Source: Turneriella sp. (GTDB taxonomy: Bacteria; Spirochaetota; Leptospiria; Turneriellales; Turneriellaceae). From it: a stretch of DNA of 64,000 nt. Below, piece after piece: positions 21,097 to 29,748 of the stretch; within the stretch, counting starts at the first letter, position 1; every line of letters starts with the position of its first letter. The notes beneath the pieces were generated by a model. That model worked only from the letters and a program-made list of their open reading frames with translations, was not told the DNA's origin and did not search any database. The position numbers and the translations under genes were made by a program. The stretch covers positions 1,888,001 to 1,952,000 of the forward strand of contig CBDIID010000003.1 in assembly GCA_965279515.1 (NCBI GenBank). Reading direction: 5' to 3'.

Positions 21097-21310
21097 AGAC
21101 AACAAAATTTACCTGCTGCGCCGCTGCGGTGCGGTAGCTCCTCGCGTGCTCGGCCCTACGCGCCAAAGATCGCGGACAAAGCACAAGCGGGGAGCTTGTT
21201 TTGTGCTTTGCCTGGAGGCGCTACGGGCGGATTGAGTGACGCAACATGGCTCTACAGGATGCAAAGTTGAACAAAGATTCACTCAACCTCAGGTAAATTC
21301 CGCGTTAGCT
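21097..21310 (+). repeat. attC-like recombination site 1 (long, branched hairpin)
   Basis: AGACAAC-AA-AATTTACCTG(21106-21115)...CAGGTAAATT(21290-21299)-CCGC-GTTAGCT; internal stems CAAAGCACAA/TTGTGCTTTG and TTGAGTGA/TCACTCAA. Confidence 0.7.
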
Positions 21311-21363
21311 GCCGTACCCAAGAATTTCAAAGAGTTCACGAAGAGTCAATTTTTCTAAAAAAC

Positions 21364-21400
21364 TTGACTCAATACGTATCCCTCAATATAGTCTACGTAT
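21364..21400 (+). promoter_or_regulatory. Sigma70 promoter TTGACT-17-TATAGT with two TACGTAT operator-like boxes; probably leaderless
   Basis: -35 at 21364-21369, -10 at 21387-21392, ATG at 21399; TACGTAT at 21373 and 21394. Confidence 0.75.
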
Positions 21401-21656
21401 GAGTGCTGTGAAACTGACGCTGAAGTTAGAAGAATCTGCCATCAATAAGGCTAAGACTTACGCTAAGGTTAATAGAACTAGCCTATCTAGATTGGTGGAG
21501 ACTTATTTTAATGAAATTTCGGGTGGCACAAAGAAAAAGGCTTCAGCGAAAATTTCGCCCCGCGTAAGGGAATTGTCAGGTATACTTAAGGGGGCAAATA
21601 TTGATTACAGATCCGAAGTTACTTCAATTCTCCGGAAAAAGCATGGTTTAGATTGA
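21399..21656 (+). CDS. RHH antitoxin (DUF6364-like)
   Basis: KLTLKLEESAINKAKTYAK...SLSRLVETYF...ISPRVRELSGIL...KKH. Confidence 0.85.
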   Translation: MSAVKLTLKLEESAINKAKTYAKVNRTSLSRLVETYFNEISGGTKKKASAKISPRVRELSGILKGANIDYRSEVTSILRKKHGLD

Positions 21657-22075
21657 AAAAGAAAGTATTCTTTGATTCGGACGTACTGCTCGATGTACTC
21701 ATCCAACGTCCCAAGCACTATGGGGAATCGGCTGAGGTTCTTAGCTTGGCCGATTCTAAGGTCGTAGACGGATACACCTCTACACTCATTTTGTGCAATT
21801 TGCATTATATCCTGCGAAAGCAATTAGGGGAAAAAGTGGCCATGCTTCATGTAGCAAAGTTGCTGGAAATGCTTGAAATACTCGACTTGCGAAAAAATGA
21901 CATTAGCGCCGCTATGAACCTCGGCATGCCAGATTTTGAAGATGCAATTCAATCATGCATCGCATTCAGGACGCGCATGGATTGGATAGTGACACGAAAC
22001 AGTAAAGACTTCAAGAAATCCTCTGTAAAACCCCTGATTCCGGGTGATTTTATCGAACTTGGTTACGGCAGATAA
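21653..22075 (+). CDS. PIN-domain (VapC-like) toxin
   Basis: FFDSDVLLD...DFEDAIQ...IVTRNSKDF; TTG start overlapping the antitoxin stop. Confidence 0.9.
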   Translation: MKKKVFFDSDVLLDVLIQRPKHYGESAEVLSLADSKVVDGYTSTLILCNLHYILRKQLGEKVAMLHVAKLLEMLEILDLRKNDISAAMNLGMPDFEDAIQSCIAFRTRMDWIVTRNSKDFKKSSVKPLIPGDFIELGYGR

Positions 22076-22250
22076 AAAAATTTAGCTGCGCGTGTGCTCC
22101 CTAAGGGAGATTCGCTTCGCGCATCCAGGGTCTCCGCAGCAAAACCCGCGGACAAAGCATAAGACGCTAGCTTACCAGCAGCAAGCCGGACACTTGTCTT
22201 GTGCTTTGCCCCGAAGTACTCCGTGCCCATGAAGCAATATAATAAATTCC
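22070..22250 (+). repeat. Degenerate attC-like site 2
   Basis: Shares CAGA.AA.AAAATTTA, CGCGGACAAAGCA.AAG...CTTGT.TTGTGCTTTGCC and TAAATTCC with site 1; AAC changed to AAA and the terminal GTT is lost. Confidence 0.6.
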
Positions 22251-22298
22251 TCCCCCGGAAACTCGTTTACAATTTGCCAGCAAATAACTCACAGCGCT

Positions 22299-22601
22299 AT
22301 GATAAAAATTCCGACCGATAAACCGTTCAAAATACCAGGGGTTGTGAAACAGTTAGTCATCGCGGTAGCAATCCTCGTTTTTTATGGAAATTGCCGCTCA
22401 ACCCCCGATCACCACGTCTTTTGTACCCAGGCCAAAATGCGCCGCGCCGAAGCCGGTAAAGGCACACCCAATGACAGACAAGTCCGCTGCCACGGCCTGA
22501 CCCAGGCGCGTTTAGCAGCGGCGCCGGGACGCGATTTTTCAAAGTACGCCGATTGTGTGCTCGAAGCCGAGAATAATATCACGGCGGGAAAATGCGAATA
22601 A
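22299..22601 (+). CDS. Small Cys-containing putative lipoprotein
   Basis: Hydrophobic stretch followed by YGN-C spirochaetal-type lipobox; four further Cys. Confidence 0.55.
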   Translation: MIKIPTDKPFKIPGVVKQLVIAVAILVFYGNCRSTPDHHVFCTQAKMRRAEAGKGTPNDRQVRCHGLTQARLAAAPGRDFSKYADCVLEAENNITAGKCE

Positions 22602-22620
22602 GGATGCTTTTGCCCATAAT

Positions 22621-23385
22621 ATGAAAAAAATCAACGCCCCACGCCGGATATTCGCCATTGCAGTAATCCTGCTGTTCCTCTGCAATCTCTCCGCTACGGA
22701 GCAGAGCCCGCCGAAATTCAAAGCCATCGCTTTTGACTATTTTGTACTCTTTGATCCAAACTCCGTAATTCCGACCGTCGAAGAAATTTATCCCGGGAAA
22801 GGCATGGAGTTCACTAAAATGTGGCGCAGCAAACAATTCGAGTATGGTTTCTTAAGATCGATTACCAATCGCCATGCCGATTTTTTCGAGGTTACCGGTG
22901 ATGCTTTGGAATACACTGCCGCCGCAATGAAACTAAAGTTAGAACCCGCAATACGAACCCGTCTTTTGAATGCTTATCTGACACTGAAACCCTGGCCCGA
23001 CACGATTGCGGCTCTAAAAAAACTAAAAGCCTCGGGGCTGCGGATTATCACCATCGCAAATTTCAGCAAAAAGATGCTGCAAGCCAATGCCGACAACGCC
23101 GGAATCACCGGTCTATTTGATGAATTGTTAAGTACAGAGGTCAATGGCACTTACAAACCTGATCCGCGCGCCTATGAGCTGGGCCTGAAAAGGTTGAATC
23201 TCAAAAAACATGAAATCGTATTTGCAGCCTTTGGCGGCTGGGATGCCTATGGAGCTAAGAATTTTGGATACCCGACCTACTGGGTAAACAGGTTCAACCT
23301 GCCGACTGAGAATCTGGGCATTTCTGCAGACCGGACCTCAAACGATATTCAGGGCCTGCTGGATTTTATTTTCCCGAAACCCTAA
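22621..23385 (+). CDS. Haloacid dehalogenase type II-like HAD hydrolase with N-terminal signal peptide
   Basis: AFDYFVLFD, WRSKQFEY, YKPDPRAY, GWDAYGAKNFG, WVNR. Confidence 0.85.
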   Translation: MKKINAPRRIFAIAVILLFLCNLSATEQSPPKFKAIAFDYFVLFDPNSVIPTVEEIYPGKGMEFTKMWRSKQFEYGFLRSITNRHADFFEVTGDALEYTAAAMKLKLEPAIRTRLLNAYLTLKPWPDTIAALKKLKASGLRIITIANFSKKMLQANADNAGITGLFDELLSTEVNGTYKPDPRAYELGLKRLNLKKHEIVFAAFGGWDAYGAKNFGYPTYWVNRFNLPTENLGISADRTSNDIQGLLDFIFPKP

Positions 23386-23396
23386 CGATACGACGG

Positions 23397-23834
23397 TCAG
23401 ACTACCGTAACCGAGATAATCTTATCGTCTTTGCGCAGCGCATTGACAACGTCCATATCGTGCGTGCGGCCGAAAACCGTGTGCACACCGTCGAGATGCG
23501 GCTGCGCCTTGTGGCAAATAAAGAACTGGCTGCCACCGGTATCTTTGCCCGCATGCGCCATCGACAGGCTGCCCGCCATGTGTTTGTTCTCGTTGATCTC
23601 GCACTTGATCGTATAGCCGGGACCACCCGTCCCTGGCATGCCTGACGCGCCCGCGCGTGTATTGGGACAACCGCCCTGGACCATAAAATTGGCGATCACA
23701 CGGTGAAAGGCGAGACCGTCGTAAAATTTCTCATTGGCGAGCTTTACGAAGTTGGCGACCGTTGCGGGAGCTTCCTTGTCATAGAGTTCAAAGCTCATTT
23801 TCCCTTTACTGGTTTCGATAATGACTTCAGGCAT
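23397..23834 (-). CDS. Cyclophilin-type peptidyl-prolyl isomerase
   Basis: [45 protein letters not shown]. Confidence 0.95.
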   Translation of the reverse strand: MPEVIIETSKGKMSFELYDKEAPATVANFVKLANEKFYDGLAFHRVIANFMVQGGCPNTRAGASGMPGTGGPGYTIKCEINENKHMAGSLSMAHAGKDTGGSQFFICHKAQPHLDGVHTVFGRTHDMDVVNALRKDDKIISVTVV

Positions 23835-23883
23835 AAGGTTCAAATGCATTTTCCAGTCGGCGCGACAAGAAATTCAGAACTGC

Positions 23884-24453
23884 CTAGATCCTCAGCGAAG
23901 CCCGGAAACCCCTGACGGCATAATAAGATTCCGCGCCATTATGGTAGGTGAAGACCTGATCGTAGCGGCGATCGCAAAAGATCGCGCCGCCCAGTTTACG
24001 GATATGCGCCGGAGTTTTGACCCAGCTTGAAGTTTTTGTATCGAATTCGCCGAAACTTTGCAGCTTACGGTATTCTTCTTCGGTTAAAATCTCAACACCC
24101 ATCGCCGCCGCCATGTTCACGGCGCTGTCCTTCGGCTTGTGTTCTTTGCGGGCTTTTAACGCTTCGTGGTCATAGCACAGGCTGCGGCGCTCCTTCGGGC
24201 TTTCGGCAGCGCAATCATAAAAAACGTACTCTCCCGTCTTTTTATCATGCGCCACAACATCGGGCTCGCCGCCGGTCCTTTCCATTTCAGAAAGCGACCA
24301 CAGTTTATCCGCAATGCTCACGAGCTTTGCCTGCACTTTGTCCCAGGAAAGATCTTTGTGCCGGTTCGTATTTTTCTCAAAGCGGGATTTCAGTATTTTG
24401 AAAAAATCTTCTTGTTGCTTCGGCGAAAGTTTATTTATAGCAACCTTGGCCAT
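23884..24453 (-). CDS. DUF4256-family protein
   Basis: MERTGGEPDVV, ESPKERRSLCYD, FDTKTSSW, YHNGAESYYAVRGFR. Confidence 0.85.
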   Translation of the reverse strand: MAKVAINKLSPKQQEDFFKILKSRFEKNTNRHKDLSWDKVQAKLVSIADKLWSLSEMERTGGEPDVVAHDKKTGEYVFYDCAAESPKERRSLCYDHEALKARKEHKPKDSAVNMAAAMGVEILTEEEYRKLQSFGEFDTKTSSWVKTPAHIRKLGGAIFCDRRYDQVFTYHNGAESYYAVRGFRASLRI

Positions 24454-24465
24454 GGTTGTCAGACC

Positions 24466-24942
24466 CTAAAGCGGAGTAATATCACCCTGAGCAACGAAGT
24501 CTCTCTGCTTTCCCTTTTTATCCGTATAAAAATATAACCTTTTACCCAGTGTGGGATAATCACACACGTCGAATTCCTGCCTGTCACCGCCAACGAGGTA
24601 GACCAGATCTTCGTTACCCGAATTTACTAATGCATGGCTCGGGCCTTCCGCGGGAAGTCCTACGAAATCACCCGCGACAACTTCAACCTTCTCGTCGTCG
24701 AGCTCAAGCATACCCTTACCCGAAATAATATAAATGAACTCGTCTGCTAATTTATGCGAATGCCGGACCGTCGTCGACTTGCCCGGTTTTACGTGCGTCA
24801 TATGGATGCCGATGCGGCTTAAACCTGTGAGATCGCCCAGCGAAACCGAATGCCTTTCGACGCTGGTATCGAGCGGGTGCGATTTTTTCTCGAGCGAAGC
24901 CTCGAGATTTCCCGTTTTAACTACAAACTTTTTCAAAGCCAT
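24466..24942 (-). CDS. Cupin-domain protein
   Basis: LGDLTGLSRIGIH, HSH...EFIYIISG, HALVN...YLVGG, DYP. Confidence 0.88.
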   Translation of the reverse strand: MALKKFVVKTGNLEASLEKKSHPLDTSVERHSVSLGDLTGLSRIGIHMTHVKPGKSTTVRHSHKLADEFIYIISGKGMLELDDEKVEVVAGDFVGLPAEGPSHALVNSGNEDLVYLVGGDRQEFDVCDYPTLGKRLYFYTDKKGKQRDFVAQGDITPL

Positions 24943-24951
24943 ACCCGAAGG

Positions 24952-25704
24952 TCAGGCCATCATGCTGTCAGTCAGCTCGAGATTCGCATAGACATTCTGC
25001 ACATCGTCGTGATCTTCAAGGGCTGAGATCAGTTCGAGCGCTTCTTTGGCCTTCTCGCCTTCTACGGTGATCGTCGTCTGTGGAATGAATTTGAGGCCCG
25101 ATTCGGTGATCTTAAACCCCTTCGCCGCAACCTTGGGCTCCATGGCAGCAAGAACCGCGTGAAAGTCATTCACCGAAGTTTTCACTGCATAAACCTTGTC
25201 GTCATCCTTCTCAATGTCTTCGGCACCTGCATCGAGCGCGATTTCCATGACGGCGTCTTCAGTGATATTATCGCCTTCGACAAGAATGAGGCCTTTTTTA
25301 TCGAACAGGTAGGCGACGGCATTCGCGTCGGCCATGCTGCCGCCATTGGTTTTGAATAAACTTTTAAGTTCGGGTACAGTGCGTGACTTTTTGTCGGTCA
25401 TGACTTCGACCATGATGGCTATCCCACCGGGGCCATACCCCTCATAGACGCCCTCTTCGTAATTGATGCCTTCGAGTTCACCCGCACCTTTTTTGATGGC
25501 ACGCTCAATATTGTCGCGGGGCATCGAGTTCTGCCGCGCTTTTAGCGTGGCTGCCCTCAGGCGCGGGTTGGCCGTTTCGTCGCTGCCACCGAGCTTCGCC
25601 GCAACCATGATCTCTTTTGCGAGCTTGGTAAAGATCGCGCCGCGCTTTGCGTCGGCGGCACCCTTGCGGTGCTGAATATTTTTCCACTTACTATGGCCTG
25701 CCAT
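24952..25704 (-). CDS. yebC: YebC/PmpR-family protein
   Basis: MAGHSKWKNIQHRKG, YEGYGPGG, LEDHDDVQNVYAN. Confidence 0.96.
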   Translation of the reverse strand: MAGHSKWKNIQHRKGAADAKRGAIFTKLAKEIMVAAKLGGSDETANPRLRAATLKARQNSMPRDNIERAIKKGAGELEGINYEEGVYEGYGPGGIAIMVEVMTDKKSRTVPELKSLFKTNGGSMADANAVAYLFDKKGLILVEGDNITEDAVMEIALDAGAEDIEKDDDKVYAVKTSVNDFHAVLAAMEPKVAAKGFKITESGLKFIPQTTITVEGEKAKEALELISALEDHDDVQNVYANLELTDSMMA

Positions 25705-25762
25705 GGCGGATTAATTGCGGTTCTGCGACGCGCCGCAAAGTAGAAAGGCGCGTCGAAAGCAA

Positions 25763-25799
25763 TTGACATGTTATCACTACCGTTGAACATGATAACATG
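25763..25799 (+). promoter_or_regulatory. TTGACA plus a perfect 10-bp inverted repeat CATGTTATCA-N13-TGATAACATG (TA operator)
   Basis: Arms at 25767-25776 and 25790-25799; the right arm covers the antitoxin ATG. Confidence 0.7.
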
Positions 25800-26024
25800 A
25801 TTCGGACACAGATCTCTCTCGACGCCGAGGTCTATGAAGAAGCTAAAGTCTATGCTGCCGAAAGCGGGGTATCTTTGGCTGAGTTCTGCAGACAGAGCAT
25901 CAATGAACAGCTTGTCAAATACCGCAAAGCCGGTCCCATTGCGCGCTTCGCTGGTGTCTACCTCGGGCAAGGCGATGATAGCTCAACCGTCGACGAAGTC
26001 GTTTATGGCAAACGTTATGTATGA
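25797..26024 (+). CDS. CopG/RHH antitoxin (VapB-like)
   Basis: MIRTQISL...SGVSLAEFCRQSI...VDEVVYG. Confidence 0.85.
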   Translation: MIRTQISLDAEVYEEAKVYAAESGVSLAEFCRQSINEQLVKYRKAGPIARFAGVYLGQGDDSSTVDEVVYGKRYV

Positions 26025-26428
26025 GCGAAAAGGTATTCATCGATAGCGGCATCTTGATCGCGTATATGAATGCCCGCGACCGCTGGCATCAGCAGGCGCT
26101 CTACCTGTTCCAGGAAAAAAATATTCAACCTTTCACTTCTGAACTTGTGATCTCCGAAACCTATTCCTGGTTTCTGCACCAGGCCGGCGAAGAGATCGCC
26201 CGCCAGTTCCGCTTGTTTGTGAAGGCCATACCTAAATTAAAAATTTTATTCATGAATGCTGACGGTCTCGATGCAACGGCGGTAATGCTCGATAAGCACC
26301 GGGGGGCCAAGCTGACCTACGTCGATGCGGCAAGCCTTGTGCATCTCGAGGTGCAGAAGATTCATACAGTCTGGTCGACAGATTACCATCTGTCCCTGAC
26401 CGGCAGGACAATTAAGCCCGTTAAATAG
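26021..26428 (+). CDS. VapC PIN toxin
   Basis: FIDSGILIA...D..H, VISET, TYVDAAS, STDYHL; ATGA overlap. Confidence 0.9.
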   Translation: MSEKVFIDSGILIAYMNARDRWHQQALYLFQEKNIQPFTSELVISETYSWFLHQAGEEIARQFRLFVKAIPKLKILFMNADGLDATAVMLDKHRGAKLTYVDAASLVHLEVQKIHTVWSTDYHLSLTGRTIKPVK

Positions 26429-26438
26429 CCGTCACAGT

Positions 26439-28229
26439 TCAGGCTGTCTTTAATTTCTCCAAAAGCTCCGCTTCAGAAAGCTCGAGCTTTTCTCCCGAGC
26501 GGCGCAGCTTGACCTCGAGCTTACCGGATTCGATCGTCTTCTTACCGACGGTGACGATAAAGGGAAAACCGACAAGCTCGGCATCGTTGAATTTTACGCC
26601 GGCGCGCTCGTCGCGGTCGTCGAGGTATACAGTGACACCCGCTTGCTTCAGCGTCGCATAAAGTTTGTCGACGAATGCCAGTTCGCTCTCGGCCTTTGCC
26701 AGCGAAACGAGGTAAACAGTGAAGGGCGAGAGTGCCGTGTTCCAGATAATACCGCGGTCGTCGTGATTCTGTTCCACCGCAGTGGCAATCGTGCGGCCTA
26801 CGCCAATGCCATAACAACCCATGGTCGGAGTTAAAGGTTTTCCATTCGGATCGAGCACAGAGAGATTCATTTTCGCGGCATATTTTTTACCGAGTTTAAA
26901 GATATGCCCGACCTCGATGCCCCGGGTCTCTGTCAGCTCGGCCTTTTTGCACTGCGGGCAGATATCGCCGGCGTGTGCGACAACGAGGTCATGCTCTCCG
27001 CTGAGAGTGAAATCACGGCCTTCGGCGACGTGTTTTTTATGAAAGCCGGTTTTATTCGCACCGGCGATAAGGCCGCTGCGGCTCTTGAGATGCCGGTCAA
27101 AAAAGATATGGAGAATTTTCTTTGCGACCTTGTCGTTCGCCTTGAAGGGTAATGCCACCGGCCCGGCATAACCGGGCTCGGCACCGGTGAGCGCCTGAAT
27201 CGTCTCTTCACCTGCGAGCCAATAATCCGTCGCACCCGACAAATTCTTCATTTTGATTTCGGAAAGTTCACGGTCCCCGGGCACAAAGCACAGAAAGATA
27301 TTTTCTTTATCTTCGTAGATCACGGCCTTGATAAAATCACGGGGAGCTTGCCCTGTGAGTTTCGAGACGTCTTCGATCGTCTTCGCGGCGCCGGTTTCAA
27401 AATCGACCATCGCCAAGGATGGCGAAGGGGTGTTTGAGCCATGGCTGGCGGCTGCACCCGCTGCATCGGCAGAAGGGGATATCCCACTTTGATTTTTAGG
27501 ATTTTCAAGGAAGGCTGTCTTCTCTTGGTTCGAGCGGTAGCCGCAGGCTTCGTCGCTGCAAAGCAGCAAAGTTTCTTCGCCGATGGATGAAGCGACCATG
27601 AACTCTTCGGAGCCGCTGCCACCCATGTTGCCCGAGTCGGCTTCGACGGGAATTGTTTTGAGCCCACAGCGGTCAAAGATGGCGCGGTAACATTCGCGCA
27701 TTTTCTGGTAGGTCTCATCGAGCGAGGTATCGTCGACGTGGTATGAGTATGCATCTTTCATCGTGAACTCGCGGCAGCGGATGAGGCCATAGCGCGGGCG
27801 AATCTCGTCGCGGTATTTTTTACCGATCTGGTAGAGATTGAGCGGCAGCTGTTTATACGATTGCAGAAAGCCGCGTGCGAGATCGGTCATCGCTTCTTCA
27901 TGAGTCGGCCCGAGTGCATAACCGACATCGTGGCGGTCCTGCATCCGCATCATTTCTTTGCCCATGACCGACCAGCGGCCCGACTCTTGCCAAAGCTCGG
28001 CGGGTGTGATCACGGGCAGCGTCACCTCGACGCCGCCGAAGCGGTTCATCTCTTCGCGGATGATTTCGACGATCTTGCGGTGAACAATATCGCCGAACGG
28101 CAGGTAAGAGTACAGCCCCGCCGCCTGCTTGCGAATGTAGCCGGCGCGTGAAAGCAGGCGGTGCGAAGCAACCTGCGCGTCGCTGGGATCGTTTTTTGAG
28201 GTAAAGAGGGGCAGTTGTGACGCGCGCAT
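26439..28229 (-). CDS. proS: Proline--tRNA ligase (bacterial type with editing domain)
   Basis: LGPTHEE, RDEIRPRYGLIRCREF, GIEVGHIFKLG, MGCYGIG, anticodon-binding domain. Confidence 0.97.
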   Translation of the reverse strand: MRASQLPLFTSKNDPSDAQVASHRLLSRAGYIRKQAAGLYSYLPFGDIVHRKIVEIIREEMNRFGGVEVTLPVITPAELWQESGRWSVMGKEMMRMQDRHDVGYALGPTHEEAMTDLARGFLQSYKQLPLNLYQIGKKYRDEIRPRYGLIRCREFTMKDAYSYHVDDTSLDETYQKMRECYRAIFDRCGLKTIPVEADSGNMGGSGSEEFMVASSIGEETLLLCSDEACGYRSNQEKTAFLENPKNQSGISPSADAAGAAASHGSNTPSPSLAMVDFETGAAKTIEDVSKLTGQAPRDFIKAVIYEDKENIFLCFVPGDRELSEIKMKNLSGATDYWLAGEETIQALTGAEPGYAGPVALPFKANDKVAKKILHIFFDRHLKSRSGLIAGANKTGFHKKHVAEGRDFTLSGEHDLVVAHAGDICPQCKKAELTETRGIEVGHIFKLGKKYAAKMNLSVLDPNGKPLTPTMGCYGIGVGRTIATAVEQNHDDRGIIWNTALSPFTVYLVSLAKAESELAFVDKLYATLKQAGVTVYLDDRDERAGVKFNDAELVGFPFIVTVGKKTIESGKLEVKLRRSGEKLELSEAELLEKLKTA

Positions 28230-28312
28230 ATCGGGAAAAAATGAAAAACAGACATGCCTTCAAGCAGAATCAATGGTCGTTGACCCGACGTCTTCGCGTC
28301 AGGTCATGGGAG

Positions 28313-29740
28313 ATGCTCAGCCGATTCAAAATAGCGGTCCTGAGATCTTACCAGGCGGGCGACTACGTTCTGCGCCGCAAAGCGACGACCTTCTTTTACT
28401 TCTGCCTCGCCTTCGTCGCCCTCATGCCGGTCTTCATGCTGATTTATCTCGTGTGGATACCCCACCGCCTGCCTTTTGCAGCGCCGCCGATGCTTGCGGC
28501 GATGGCGATCGGCCTCGTCTGCCTGACAATTCTTGCGCGCGGCAAGTTCTACATTGCCGGCCAAACCCTTGCCTTCGTCGCCTTTGCGATCATCGCCACG
28601 GCGCAGTTCCAGAAGTTAAACGGTGAATATTTCACCGCCTACTCGACTTTTATTCATCTCTTTGCGATTCCGATTCTGATCGTGGGGCTGTTCGGCCGCA
28701 AACGCTACATTCTGCCGATGTACGGTGTCATGGTTGTCACCAATGTCATCTTCTTTGTATTGCTGCGCCCGCGCATCAGCGGCGAGTACCTGACAGCTGC
28801 GCAGGTGGGGCTCATGACGAGTGTGATCGCTCTTACCCTGGCAACGACGCTGCTGTTTTTACTGCGGAACATCATGGATTCGGCGGTTTTCGAAGTCGAA
28901 AAAACCAACGCTTCGATGAACCGTTTTGTACCGACCGAATTCTTAAGCCTGCTGAAAAAGAAAAACATCAACGAGGTTGGGCTCGGTGATCATACGGAAA
29001 AAGAGATGACCATTCTTTTTGCCGACATCCGCAATTTTACGGGCATCTCAGAGACGCTGAGCCCTTCGGAAAATTTTTCATTCATCAATGACTATCTGAG
29101 TGTGATGGGGCCGATCATCCGCGAGAACAATGGTTTCATCGATAAATATATCGGTGATGCGATTCTCGCACTGTTTTTCACATCCGCTGACGCGGCGAAG
29201 GCCTCGGTGGAAATGCATGCGATGCTGCAGCGTTTTAACGCACAGTTCATCGACGGTATTTTTCCCGAAATCCGCATCGGTGTCGGCATCCACACGGGTC
29301 GCATCATGCTGGGCACGATCGGCGAGGTGCGCCGCATGGAAAATACCGTCATTAGCGACACGGTGAATGCGGCGTCGCGCATCGAGAGCCTGACAAAAAA
29401 ACTCGCTGCCGGTATCCTTTTAAGCGGTGAATCCCTCGCGCAGATTCCCGGCGACGACTACAACGTGCGGCTCGTCGATGTCACACAGCTGCGCGGCAAA
29501 ACCAAAATGCTTGAAATCTACGAACTACTGAACCCGCTGGCAGATGAGCGGCGCGAACTGCTGCTGTCTTATGCGGATGACCTGAAGACCGCCGTGCACG
29601 ACATTCGGCAAGGCAGACTCGATTCGGCGAAAGCCCTGCTGGAAAAATGCCGCCAGATCTGCGAAGACGACGGCACTGTTTTACACCATTTACGCAAACT
29701 GCAAAAAATGGAAATTCTCAAAGCACGCAATTTGAATTAG
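28313..29740 (+). CDS. Membrane class III adenylate cyclase (alternative ATG at 28241)
   Basis: 6 TM, RFVP, FADIRNFT, KYIGDA, TVISDTVNAASRIE. Confidence 0.92.
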   Translation: MLSRFKIAVLRSYQAGDYVLRRKATTFFYFCLAFVALMPVFMLIYLVWIPHRLPFAAPPMLAAMAIGLVCLTILARGKFYIAGQTLAFVAFAIIATAQFQKLNGEYFTAYSTFIHLFAIPILIVGLFGRKRYILPMYGVMVVTNVIFFVLLRPRISGEYLTAAQVGLMTSVIALTLATTLLFLLRNIMDSAVFEVEKTNASMNRFVPTEFLSLLKKKNINEVGLGDHTEKEMTILFADIRNFTGISETLSPSENFSFINDYLSVMGPIIRENNGFIDKYIGDAILALFFTSADAAKASVEMHAMLQRFNAQFIDGIFPEIRIGVGIHTGRIMLGTIGEVRRMENTVISDTVNAASRIESLTKKLAAGILLSGESLAQIPGDDYNVRLVDVTQLRGKTKMLEIYELLNPLADERRELLLSYADDLKTAVHDIRQGRLDSAKALLEKCRQICEDDGTVLHHLRKLQKMEILKARNLN

Positions 29741-29748
29741 GAAGGTTT

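Larger units (their letters stand above)
20354..21304 (+). mobile_element. Integron-type gene cassette 1 (DUF433/DUF5615 TA pair)
   Basis: 5' end TTGTCTGAAATGGGCGA (20354-20370) is the reverse complement (16/17) of TCGCCCACTTCAGACAA (21086-21102), which runs into the AAC of an attC-like site. Confidence 0.7.
21305..22250 (+). mobile_element. Integron-type gene cassette 2 (DUF6364-like/PIN TA pair); right end degenerate
   Basis: 5' end TTAGCTGCCGTA (21305-21316) is complementary (11/12) to TACGGCAGATAA (22064-22075), which contains the toxin stop codon. Confidence 0.65.
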
